IMG/VR virus record: IMGVR_UViG_3300031555_001699
Span: 1-45,453 of that record
Source of the DNA: a virus
DNA: 45,453 nucleotides
Strand: one strand, 5' to 3'
Made by a program: the position numbers and the translations under genes. Under the pieces are notes generated by a model, which was not told where the DNA came from, searched no databases, and saw only the letters and a program-made list of their open reading frames with translations. This document shows, piece by piece, positions 15,278 through 25,300 of the stretch. Position 1 is the stretch's first letter. Every line of letters begins with the position of its first letter.

Positions 15278-16636
15278 ATGGCAGATATGGTTTTTTTGAC
15301 CAAGCTGAAGCCTGAGCCGAAGGGCACATACGATGCGTCCACGGCTTACGGCATCAACAGCCTGGTAATGAGCGCAGACGGCGCGGCGGCATATCTTTCT
15401 GTGAAGGATGTGCCTGCCGGTACGCCGCTGACGAATACGGAATACTGGAAGATACACACCGATCTTTCGCTGGTGAAGAAGAATGCCGAGGAAGCAGCCG
15501 AAAAGGCGCTGGCGGCAAGGGATGAAATGATCGGAATTGCCCGGAACCTGACCAACCCCGTGGAAGCGGAAGGCAACCCGGTGCAGGCGGCGCTTGTTGG
15601 CGGACTGCCCTTTGATAAGCTGGCAACGGTTCTGGAGCCTGTGCAGGCTGGCAGCGGCGATCCTGCTCCGGATAACATCCGCCCCATCGGCGGCTGGACG
15701 GGCGCGAAGATGATGCATGCAGGGAAGAACCTGTACAAACAGGGAGACCAGACAATTACCCAGAGACAGTTCTACAGTGTAAATCCTCCACTTCCGCCCG
15801 GAACTTATACAGTTACAGGCATGGTAGAAAGCAGCGATACGGATGGCAGCATTAGCCTGTTTGGTTTTGTTCCGACCGATGATAGCGGTAATGCGTATGC
15901 ACGTTTTACGCGTGGTACGAAACAATCCTACACGGTTACCACAACCAAGCCGACCGGTTATTTTGTGCTTTATGCTTCTGATTCTACGGCCAACAGTGCA
16001 GGTGATACAGCCACTTGGAGCGGAATTCAGGTGGAATACGGAGCATTAGCTACGGAAGTGGATGCCTATCAAGGCGGAGCATTCACTGCAGACTTCGGTC
16101 AGACCGTATACGGCGGGGAGCTTAACTGGCAGACGGGTGTGTTGACGGTGGATAGGGGATGCGACATATATGATGGCAGCGAAAATTGGTCTATATGGGT
16201 GGCAAATTGCCCGATAAGAACAGTACAAAATGCAGTTTTTAACATACCTGCGTATGAATCAATCCCAAATAGGGACGAGATTTTCTGTTCTCACGCTGCG
16301 AACGCGAGCAGAAAAAATATTGCGGATAATGCGTCAATGGGTATCGCAATAACATCAACGAATCAAATAGCGTTTTATTTGGGAGAAACGACCGCATCAG
16401 TAGATTCTTGGAAGGCATATCTCGCTGCCCAGCATGCTGCCGGAACCCCTGTGCAGGTTGCCTACAAGCTGGCAAACCCCATCATCATCCAGCTGACCCC
16501 GCAGGAGATTGCGCAGCTGGAGGGCGTGAACACCCTGTACGGTGATGGCAGCATTGCTATAGTCGGCAGACAGAAACCTGATCTGGCGCTGGTATCCCGA
16601 ATCGAGGCGCTGGAGAGCGCAATTCTGAACGCATAA
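15278..16636 (+). CDS. Tail fibre protein, 452 aa
   Basis: N-terminus KGTYDASTAYGINSLVMSADGAAAYLSVKDVPAGTPLTNTEYW is a typical fibre N-terminal motif. Confidence 0.55.
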   Translation: MADMVFLTKLKPEPKGTYDASTAYGINSLVMSADGAAAYLSVKDVPAGTPLTNTEYWKIHTDLSLVKKNAEEAAEKALAARDEMIGIARNLTNPVEAEGNPVQAALVGGLPFDKLATVLEPVQAGSGDPAPDNIRPIGGWTGAKMMHAGKNLYKQGDQTITQRQFYSVNPPLPPGTYTVTGMVESSDTDGSISLFGFVPTDDSGNAYARFTRGTKQSYTVTTTKPTGYFVLYASDSTANSAGDTATWSGIQVEYGALATEVDAYQGGAFTADFGQTVYGGELNWQTGVLTVDRGCDIYDGSENWSIWVANCPIRTVQNAVFNIPAYESIPNRDEIFCSHAANASRKNIADNASMGIAITSTNQIAFYLGETTASVDSWKAYLAAQHAAGTPVQVAYKLANPIIIQLTPQEIAQLEGVNTLYGDGSIAIVGRQKPDLALVSRIEALESAILNA

Positions 16637-16648
16637 GGAGGAATACGC

Positions 16649-17059
16649 ATGAAGAGTATTATCAAGAACGTGATTGCAAGCCGCAACTATGAACTTGCCG
16701 ACCTGCTGAAGAAGCTGGACAAGCTGTGGATCGAGGGCAGCATCAGCGATGCGGAGCGCGATGAACTGGCAGCAGCAGCCCGCGAGAACGTGAACATGGA
16801 CAAGGGCTATGCCGACCATGAGAGCCGCATCCGTGCGCTGGAGGAGGCCGTGAAGGCGCTCCAGAAGGGCAGCGAAGAAGAGGAAACCGCCGATGAATAC
16901 CCGGCATGGAAGCAGCCCACCGGCGCACATGACGCATATTTCACCGACAGCAAGATGACCTACACCGATGGAAAGAAGTACACCTGCATTGCCCCGGAGG
17001 GCGTGGGCGTGACTTACGGCCCGGATGTGCTGCCGCAGATGTGGCAGCCTGAAGAATAA
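16649..17059 (+). CDS. Hypothetical protein, coiled-coil N-terminus plus CBM5/12-like C-terminus
   Basis: YPAWKQPTGAHDAYFTDSKMTYTDGKKYTCIAPEGVGVTYGPDVLPQMW resembles aromatic-rich carbohydrate-binding modules. Confidence 0.55.
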   Translation: MKSIIKNVIASRNYELADLLKKLDKLWIEGSISDAERDELAAAARENVNMDKGYADHESRIRALEEAVKALQKGSEEEETADEYPAWKQPTGAHDAYFTDSKMTYTDGKKYTCIAPEGVGVTYGPDVLPQMWQPEE

Positions 17060-17077
17060 CGAAAGGAGCTGAGATAC

Positions 17078-18043
17078 ATGGCAACGGCAGCTGAACTGAG
17101 AAGCCGTGCAGTTGATCTGATGACCAGCCGCACCGGCATGAACAGCTACACCCAGGGCGGTAACCGCATCTACTTCTTCGGCAAGCCCGACAATGTACCC
17201 GGCAATACCACGCAGAAGGGCTTCAGCGATTGCAGCAGCGCGGTACGCGCAGCCATCAAGGCCGTGACCGGCATTGACATCGGCGCGAACACCAGCGCCC
17301 AGATCAACAACCGCAAGACCAAGGGCATGGTGGTGCATGAAACCACAGGCTATTATCCGGATGAGAGCAAGCTGCTGCCCGGTGACTGCCTGTACTTCAA
17401 GGGCAACACCAGCCATCCGCTGGATGTGGACCATGTGGAGATGTACATCGGAAACGGCAGGCTGTGTGGGCACGGCAGCGGCACCGGCCCGAAGATCAAG
17501 AAGCTGAAGGATTACTGCACCAGCAGAGCCAACAGCAAGAAGCGCTATTTCATGGCGATCCGCTGGATTCAGGACGGCGGAGAGGTTGAACCCGAACCGA
17601 CCACCTTGAAAAAGGGTATGAACGACAGCGTAGCCGTAAAGGCATTGCAGCTGGATCTGATTTCGTTGGGCTACGACCTGGGCCAGTACGGCGCTGATGG
17701 TGATTTCGGCAGTGCAACCGAATCCGCAGTGATTGCTTTCCAGACCGCAAGCGGCCTTGCGGCAAGCGGTGTTGCTGATGAGCAGACGTTGAAGGCCATC
17801 GAGGCAGCAAAGGAAGGGCTTTCCGACTCCGACGAAACCGAGATGCCCCCGGTGCAGAGTGTGAACCTTGTAACGGTAGCCCCCGGCACATGGAATGTGC
17901 GCACCGGCCCCGGCAGCGAATTCCCGAGTGCTGGCATCGTAAAGGGCGGCGCATATCTGGAAAAGGTTGATATTGATGGCTGGGTGCCCGTTTTTTATAA
18001 CGGCGAAGTAAGATGGATTGGTCCCAGTGCAGTAAAGAAGTGA
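17078..18043 (+). CDS. Endolysin: NlpC/P60 peptidase + PG_binding_1 + SH3-like domain
   Basis: Catalytic Cys context GFSDCSSAV and His context VDHVEMYIG; PGB segment AVKALQLDLISLGYDLGQYGADGDFGSATESAVIAFQ; SH3-like WNVRTGPGSEFPSAGIVKGGAYLEKV. Confidence 0.85.
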   Translation: MATAAELRSRAVDLMTSRTGMNSYTQGGNRIYFFGKPDNVPGNTTQKGFSDCSSAVRAAIKAVTGIDIGANTSAQINNRKTKGMVVHETTGYYPDESKLLPGDCLYFKGNTSHPLDVDHVEMYIGNGRLCGHGSGTGPKIKKLKDYCTSRANSKKRYFMAIRWIQDGGEVEPEPTTLKKGMNDSVAVKALQLDLISLGYDLGQYGADGDFGSATESAVIAFQTASGLAASGVADEQTLKAIEAAKEGLSDSDETEMPPVQSVNLVTVAPGTWNVRTGPGSEFPSAGIVKGGAYLEKVDIDGWVPVFYNGEVRWIGPSAVKK

Positions 18044-18054
18044 GGTGGCCTCCA

Positions 18055-18312
18055 TTGAACGACACGATCTTGGCTGCGGCGATTGCTGCTGCGGCATCTG
18101 TAATCAGCAATATCATTCTCAGCAGAAAGAGTGCTGCGGAGATGGACCATAAGATGGATGTCCGACAAGCTGTAACCGACACGAAACTGGAAGAACTTAC
18201 ACGTGAAGTGCGATTGCATAACGGCTTCGCAGAGAAAATCCCGGTAATGCAGGAACAGATTTCCGAACTGAAGGGGTCTGTGAACACCCTGAAAGCCTAC
18301 CACATGGAATGA
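18055..18312 (+). CDS. Lysis-cassette membrane protein (N-terminal TM + coiled coil), holin-like
   Basis: TTG 18055 six nt after GAGGTGG inside ORF 18013-18312; LNDTILAAAIAAAASVISNIILS is a TM segment. Confidence 0.5.
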   Translation: MNDTILAAAIAAAASVISNIILSRKSAAEMDHKMDVRQAVTDTKLEELTREVRLHNGFAEKIPVMQEQISELKGSVNTLKAYHME

Positions 18313-18326
18313 AAGGAGAAACAATC

Positions 18327-18533
18327 ATGAGTAATAAGACCTACGATATCCTGAAGTGGATTGCGCAGCTGCTGCTGCCCGCTATCGCCACCCTGTATGT
18401 AGCACTGGCCGAGGTTTGGGGCCTGCCGCTTGCGAAGGAAGTTGCCGGCACGATCAGCGCCGTGGATGTATTCCTGGGCGCAGTGCTGAAGGTGAGCAGC
18501 GACCGCTACAACGCAAAGCTGACCGAAGAGTGA
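18327..18533 (+). CDS. Holin (Dp-1-type family by recollection)
   Basis: ATG 18327 after AAAGGAGAA; MSNKTYDILKWIAQLLLPAIATLYVALAEVWGLPLAKEVAGTISAVDVFLGAVL shows two hydrophobic segments typical of this holin family. Confidence 0.7.
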   Translation: MSNKTYDILKWIAQLLLPAIATLYVALAEVWGLPLAKEVAGTISAVDVFLGAVLKVSSDRYNAKLTEE

Positions 18534-18585
18534 CCGCAGGGCGGATGACTTCCGCCCTAAAACCTCAAAAAGGAAGGTGATTTGA

Positions 18586-19383
18586 TTGGCAAAGATGACT
18601 GTTGAAGAGCTCCAGGCCAACCTCAAAGACCCCAGTTATACCGTGCGAACGGATGAAGAACTGCAGGCGGCGGCGGAGAAGCGATACCAGACCCAGTATA
18701 ATCAGCAGAAGCTGACCGCGCAGCAGAGCTATGAGACGAGCGACCTGGCGTACCAGAACCAGCTGAAAGCACTGCAGGATACCCTGGCGACCAACCAGAA
18801 CACGCTGCTGAAGAATACCATGGACTCTATGGCTGCTGCTGACAGGTACACGATCACCCGCGGCATGCAGCGTAGCAGCTATGGCGCTGCGAACAGGGCA
18901 AATATCCAGAACAAGGGCAACGAGGGCATGGCAGCACTGCTGAAGCAGTACGCCACGGATGCCGGCGGCATTGAAAGCAACCGCACTCTGCTGGCCCAGC
19001 AGCTGGCGAACACCCTGGCCCAGTACGACATCGATTACCTGAACGATGTGCAGGCATATATCGACGAACAGAAGCAGATCGACTACGAGCGCCAGGCAGC
19101 AGCGATCGAAGCGGCGAACGCACTGCAGATGCAGCTGTTTGAGTACAGCCGCCAGTATGGCAGCAGCGGCAGCAGCAGCAGGAAGAAGAGTAGCAGCGGT
19201 GGTGATACCGATTCTACCGGGGATAATTCAGCCAGCGATCTCTATACGCTTCTTGCAGGCTCTAACCTTGCAGGTTCTTCGTCTGAGGTGCGTAAAATTG
19301 CAAACGCCGCAACGATCCTTACCGGCAACAAGATCAAAGATCCCATTGTTGGTGGCAAGGAAAGCGGCAAGTGGAATGGATAA
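18586..19383 (+). CDS. Hypothetical 265-aa Q/N/S-rich protein (possible internal virion protein)
   Basis: ORF track; TTG 18586 five nt after AGGAAGGTGA (alternative ATG 18595). Confidence 0.6.
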   Translation: MAKMTVEELQANLKDPSYTVRTDEELQAAAEKRYQTQYNQQKLTAQQSYETSDLAYQNQLKALQDTLATNQNTLLKNTMDSMAAADRYTITRGMQRSSYGAANRANIQNKGNEGMAALLKQYATDAGGIESNRTLLAQQLANTLAQYDIDYLNDVQAYIDEQKQIDYERQAAAIEAANALQMQLFEYSRQYGSSGSSSRKKSSSGGDTDSTGDNSASDLYTLLAGSNLAGSSSEVRKIANAATILTGNKIKDPIVGGKESGKWNG

Positions 19384-19395
19384 TGGGAGGGCACA

Positions 19396-22300
19396 ATGGC
19401 TGTCCAGAAAAAGAAAAATGAAACGCGTGATGAGGTGCTTTCGAGAGTTTCGAAAGAGTACAATATCACGCCTAAGGCTTCTAAGGCATCTACGAAGGGT
19501 ACTATAATAGCATCTTCCGTTGGTTCTGAACGTACCTATAAAAAGGCAGGCAGCAAGAGCCAGCAGCAGGAAAACAACAAAAACATTGCCCAGAGTGTTG
19601 CGCAGAAGTATAACGCTACCAGAAAGAATACTGGCAAGTGGTATTCTGGGAATACCCCTACGGCGCGAGAGACCATGGCTCGCATGTTTGAAAGGGCAAA
19701 CGGCGATACTGGTTTCTTCAACAAGATGAATGAAATGTTTGCTGCCGAGCAACAGGATCGCGGTTCCGTAATTTACAACCCCTACGCGCAGGCGACCAAC
19801 TACAAGGCGATCGACGGCCTGCGTCAGCTGGGCGTGGAAGTGCCGGAAACCATCTCTGATGAATGGATCGACAGCATGTGGCGGCAGTACGGCCAGTATT
19901 CCCGTGAGACGACCACTGGCTATGGCCCCGGCGCCCCGACCAAGGCTTCTACGGTACAGAACGACATCGCTTACTGGGTGAACACCCTGATGGAGGATAA
20001 GGAAGCCACCAACCTGGCCGAGACTCAGATGCAGGACATGTACACCGAGGTAGAGTACCTGGCCAAGCAGGGTTATAACGATGATGAGATCCTGAAGCGC
20101 GTGAAAGCGAACAAGGATTACAATGCGCTGTGGAAGATGGACGAAGCACGCCTCGCCGGCGATGCTGTGCGCCTGAACCGCAAGGTGAACTACAGCGGCG
20201 ACGACACGATCTACGGCATGATCTGGGCTGCACGCAATGACGGCGGCACCGGCGATTACTTTGTCGATTCCGTGAAGGCGCTGATGGGCCATGGCAACCA
20301 GTATAAGTACGACTCTGCCAGCGCTGCAGCGCTCGACCCGAGCAATTACGAGGGATATTCTCCGTATGTCCGCGGCACCATGCATGAAATGAACATGAAG
20401 TATGGTGTTGACAGCTTCGACCAGACTTGGCTGGAAGCGAACCGCAGCATGCTGAGTGACCCTGAGAAGGCAGAGGACTGGCGCAACATCAAGGAAGCTG
20501 TTGAGCGTTCCGAGTCTGCGGAGAAAGAACTGGCTGCACTGGATCAGTGGCTGGAAAAGCAGATTGCCAGCGGCAGGAAGGATGCACAGAGCCTGGCGGA
20601 TGAACTGACCGCGATGATCAGCGACGGCGACGAGATCCGCTACACTGACGCAGACGGCAAGATGGAAACCATCAAGCTGAGCACGCTGGCCAAGATGGAG
20701 GATTACCGCGCTGACGGCACGTATGTGAACCTGGGCTACGGCGTGGACTTCAACCTGCCGCAGTACATCGCCAAGGCGACCGCCATGTACGACGAGCATG
20801 CAACCGCAGCAGCGGAAACTGAAGCAGAGACCGGTGGCGGTGTGTTCAAGGCTATCGGCGACGGCATCGCAAGCGCCTGGAGATGGCTGACCGGTGACAA
20901 GGGCGCGATGGAGGACGTGATTGACGCCCAGAAGACCGGCGACGTTACGGAGTTTGCGAGCATTGAGGACGCGGCCAGAAAGTACGCCAAGGATATGTTC
21001 GGCGTGGACATCACCGGCGAGCTGCCGGCGCATGTGGAAGCAGCGCTGAAGGATGCGATCGCCAAGGCCAACAAGGCGGACCTGCCCGGCGCCAGCAAGG
21101 AAGATATCGATGCTGCGAACACGGCAGCTGGTGTACTGCAGGATATGTTCAGCGAGGTTATCGCCAACCCGGACATGAGAGCGCAGGAGACCGCAGAGGC
21201 TCCGGCGGAGGAGCCGGCGGAAGCCAACTACAAGGCTCAGCAGGCGTACACCACCGTATTTGAGAAGCAGCCGGAAGAGCCGCGCGAGGGCATGGTGGAG
21301 ATGGTGGCAGAGCCGACGGCATACACCGCAGGCGCTGCAGAACCTGCAGAAGCGAGCCCCGCTGCGGCAAGCTATGAGAGCATGCTGCAGGGCGGCGAGT
21401 GGGACAACGATGCGTTCGTATGGGCGCTCAATGAAAGTTCCAGCCCGAAAGCGATCAAAGCCGAGCTCGGCCAGGCGATCATTGACCACAGAGCCAAGGG
21501 TACTGAGCTTACCGGCCTGGCGAAGAGCTGGTGGAATAAGTTCGGTGGCCTGGTGGACGACATCGGCGGCCCGACGGACTATAACCAGCTGGTTCGATAC
21601 GAGATGGGCTTGGACGAGTACGACAGCCGCAAGGCTTACGGTACGCAGGTGTTCGATCTGCTTCAGGCGAACAGCGAGGCGTATGATTCTTCTGCGATCG
21701 ATGCTGCATCGTGGGCAAACAACCTGATTACCATCTCCGGCATGGCAGAAGCCATCAACAGAGCTGCCGGCGGCGAGCGCGCTACGGACGAGGTTGCCGA
21801 TCGATTCCTGGCCCAGAGTGGCCTGCAGGCAACGGTTGACGGCATGCTCAATACCATTGAGGGCAGCATGGAACGCCAAGCTGCTGACAAGGCTGAGGAG
21901 AATCGCCAGCGTACGACTGCGAGCGTGGGTGTGATCCAGCGTATGAACAGCGGCACGATGACCGAGGATGATTTACTGGCATACGTGGATATCATGAGCA
22001 CGGACATCAGTAAGACCGCTGCGCAGGATAAGACCTATGCTGCTGCCAACGCATACATCATCGATGCGCTGAGTTTTGATAGCATTGCCGAGAGCGGCAT
22101 GCGCTTTACTTATGGCGACAAGGCTGTTGACGCGTCCTACGGCAAGGAGATGGTCCTGAATGAAGGCGCATCCATCTACAGCACGGGCGTTACTGCACTG
22201 GCACAGGACACCCTGAACACGCATATGAAGTACGCCGCTGCATGCGGCATGACGCTGGAACAGTTTTATACCCAGTTCCCGGATCTGGCACGGACGCCTG

Positions 22301-25300
22301 AACAGATCGTAGCGGAAGCGCGCAGCGAGTATAACGGCACCTGGACCGAGTTCGGCCATACGATCGACGGCCTGATAGCTGCCAACGACAGCATCTTCAA
22401 CGCCGGTGAGGGCGCAGGCGCTCCCGGGGATGAAAAGGAAGATGTGCTGAGCTTCAGCGACAGCCTGGTGCTCGCGTTCGACAAGCTCCGGGCGACTAAT
22501 GCGCTGAACTGGGACAAGACGCTCTACATGATGCAGTACGCCTGGCGTGACGAAGAGATGGAGCAGGGCATACTGCTCGATCAGTACGGTGGCCGCACTG
22601 CGCTGGCTGCTGAGTGGGACAAGTTTGATGCTGAGCGCGAAGAGCAGCTGCGCAAGACCTACGAGAACGATATCACTGCCAAGCAGAGTGGCATCAGCTA
22701 CGAGGACTGGCGGCTGGAGAACACCGACAAGCAGCTGGACGAGGTGCGCGCCAAGCGCGAGACTGCAACGGATATCCTGGAGCTGGGCGATCCGGCAAGG
22801 CTGCGCGCAGAGCAGGGTATCATTGAGAAGACCGGCAATGTAGCGAACATCGATAAGCTGGTAGCCGAGTACGGCAGCGAGTTTGACAAGGCTGTCTACG
22901 ATGGTGCGACCAGCCTGATGCAGACTGGCCAGTTTATGTTCATTAGCACTGTGCTGGGCGGCGGATACATGGCTTCCCTGGCTGCAACGCTGACCAGCTC
23001 CGGCAGCGACGCATACGACCGATTCATCCAGACCGGCGACTATGACGCAGCCCTGGCAAGCAGCATCGGTGCATGGCTCGTGAACGCGGCTATTGAGAAG
23101 ATGAGCTTCGAGAGGTACATGCCTGAGAGCCTTGGCGGTAGCCGCACGCAGAAGATGCAGGCAGTGCAGAGCATGCTGCAGCGCGAGGGCATGTATAGTA
23201 TGCTCAAAGATCCGAAGAAGCTGTCCAAGGCAGCAACGGCTGTGATGGAGGCAATCGCCACTGCCGGCGTGAACAGCGCCAGTGAAGGTCTGGAGGAGAC
23301 CCTGCAGTACATTGTGGACTCTTTTGCGGACAACATTGCATACGGCGACAATATCTGGCTGACCGATGAGCAGGTATCCGGCATTGATGATACCTTCGTA
23401 GCGGGTACTGCAATGGGCGCAGTGCTCGATGTGGGCACCAACCTGGTGTTTGGTCGTCCGAAGTTCACTGACGAGCTGGGCAACGCGATCTCTAAGGCCG
23501 AAGCACAGATACGTCCCGAACACGATGGTGTTCTGCTGAACGAGGCGATCAAGTTTGAGGCGACGAGCATGGCGTATGTGAACAGCACAGACGCACTCGC
23601 CCAGATTGAGAGCAGCAGCGAGAACGCCGCCAAGCAGCAGGCGGAGCAGGAGCTGCAGGCTGTTGAAGCTGAATTGCAGGAAACGGAAGCAAAACTTGCA
23701 AGCGTGCAGGCGGAACATGATACCGCTATCATGGCGCTGGAAGATGTGAACGTAGAGATGCAGGACAGCGATGCGTTTACCGAGGACATGGGCAAGCGCA
23801 TGACCGCAGCAGCGACCGAGGTTGACCGAACCACGGCTGAGCTCAGAAAGGTCAAGGACGACCTGAGCAGCGCACAGGGCCGCAGGGAAGCCGCCCAGCA
23901 GAAGCTAGACGATGCGACCGCCAAGGTTCAGGCGATGTACGATCAGGTGATGGACGAGGCCAAGCAGAAGTACACCCAGATTGTGACCGACAAGTACTAC
24001 GCAGGCGACAGCGACGAACAGCGCGCCGCCGGCGAGGCGTACCAGGCAGCCTGCGCGAATCTGGAAGAAGCAAAGGCCGCACTGGCTACAGTGAAAGCTG
24101 ATGAGAATGCCGGTGCGAAGGAGCGCGGCAGGGCACTGCTGGATGTGGATAAGGCGACCGAGGCTGTGGAAGCAGCCAAGGCTGAGATGGATGCGGCATA
24201 CGCCCAGAGCCCGGAGGGCAAGGTGGAAGCTGCGACCAATAAGGCGCTGGAGGATGCGCAGAAAGCAGCGGACGATGCAGCGGCAGCAGCAGAGGCTGAC
24301 CCGATGAACAGCCGCAAGCAGCTGGCAGCAGAGCATGCACAGGCGCAGCTGGATGTGATCCGAGCCAAGCAGGAGATGGAAGAGAAGCGCTCCGGCATCA
24401 GCTTCCGCCTGAAGAGCCCGGATAGCAGCGAGCGCGAGGCAGCCGTTGGCGAGTGGAAGGCTGCCCAGCAGAAGGTAACCGATGCTGAAGAGCATGCCAA
24501 GGCCGTCGAGACCGAGTTCAACGAGACGGACACCCAGAAGAACCTGCAGACCGCGATCGACAACATGAAGCAGTACACCAACGAGCAGCTGTTGTTTGAG
24601 AGCGAGGAGGGGCACGAGGATGCTGTACGGGCCTATGCTGAACTGCAGGTGGCGCAGGCTGCAGCAGAAGTTGAAAATGCCTGGAATGGCATGTTGAAGG
24701 ACGGAGCCAGTGGACTGTCCGCTTACCAAGATGCAAGAAATAAGTATAATTCTGCTATTGACAATAAAAATGCCATGAATTATACTAAAAATGGGGAGGT
24801 ATATGATTATGGCAATGAAAGCGAAGGAATATATGGCGAAAATGTACGCGGAACATCCGGAATTGCCGGAGATGGTAGCGGAAGTAGAACGACTGTACGG
24901 GGCTCGGATTCAGTTCCCCTGTATGGTGATCGAGGCATTGCTCGACGGAATGACGCCGGCGGAAGTGGCAGCGGACAGCGCGTTGATGGATCTGTAAGGT
25001 ATGCGTCTACGGCGGGTATTACAGATGTAACTGCAACACCCGAGGAATATATTCAAGCATTGGATGCAGCAAAGGCAGCGCCCCCGGAAGACGGTCATCA
25101 GGTAAGCCCGCATAAGGTAGAAGAAGTGATGCGGGGAGATCTGCGTCCGTTCCTGACCAGCGATAAACTTGCAGGCTTCGCTGTAGAAGCCAATGGCAAC
25201 ATTACTGGTGTTTTTAGGAACCCCAAGAGTAAACTGGGCCCAGTAATGGACGATATGATGCTTTCTGCGATTCAAGAAGGTGGCAATCGATTGGATTGTT

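Noticed and set aside
21260-21727. Same-strand alternative-frame ORFs inside the giant gene: 19520-19729, 21260-21727, 22547-22843, 24101-24307, 28142-28339
   Set aside because: They have Arg/Trp/Ser/Ala-rich junk composition, no SD, and lie in the high-GC parts where off-frame stops are rare. Only 24791-24997 differs (SD, normal composition, GC3 shift), and that one is reported separately.
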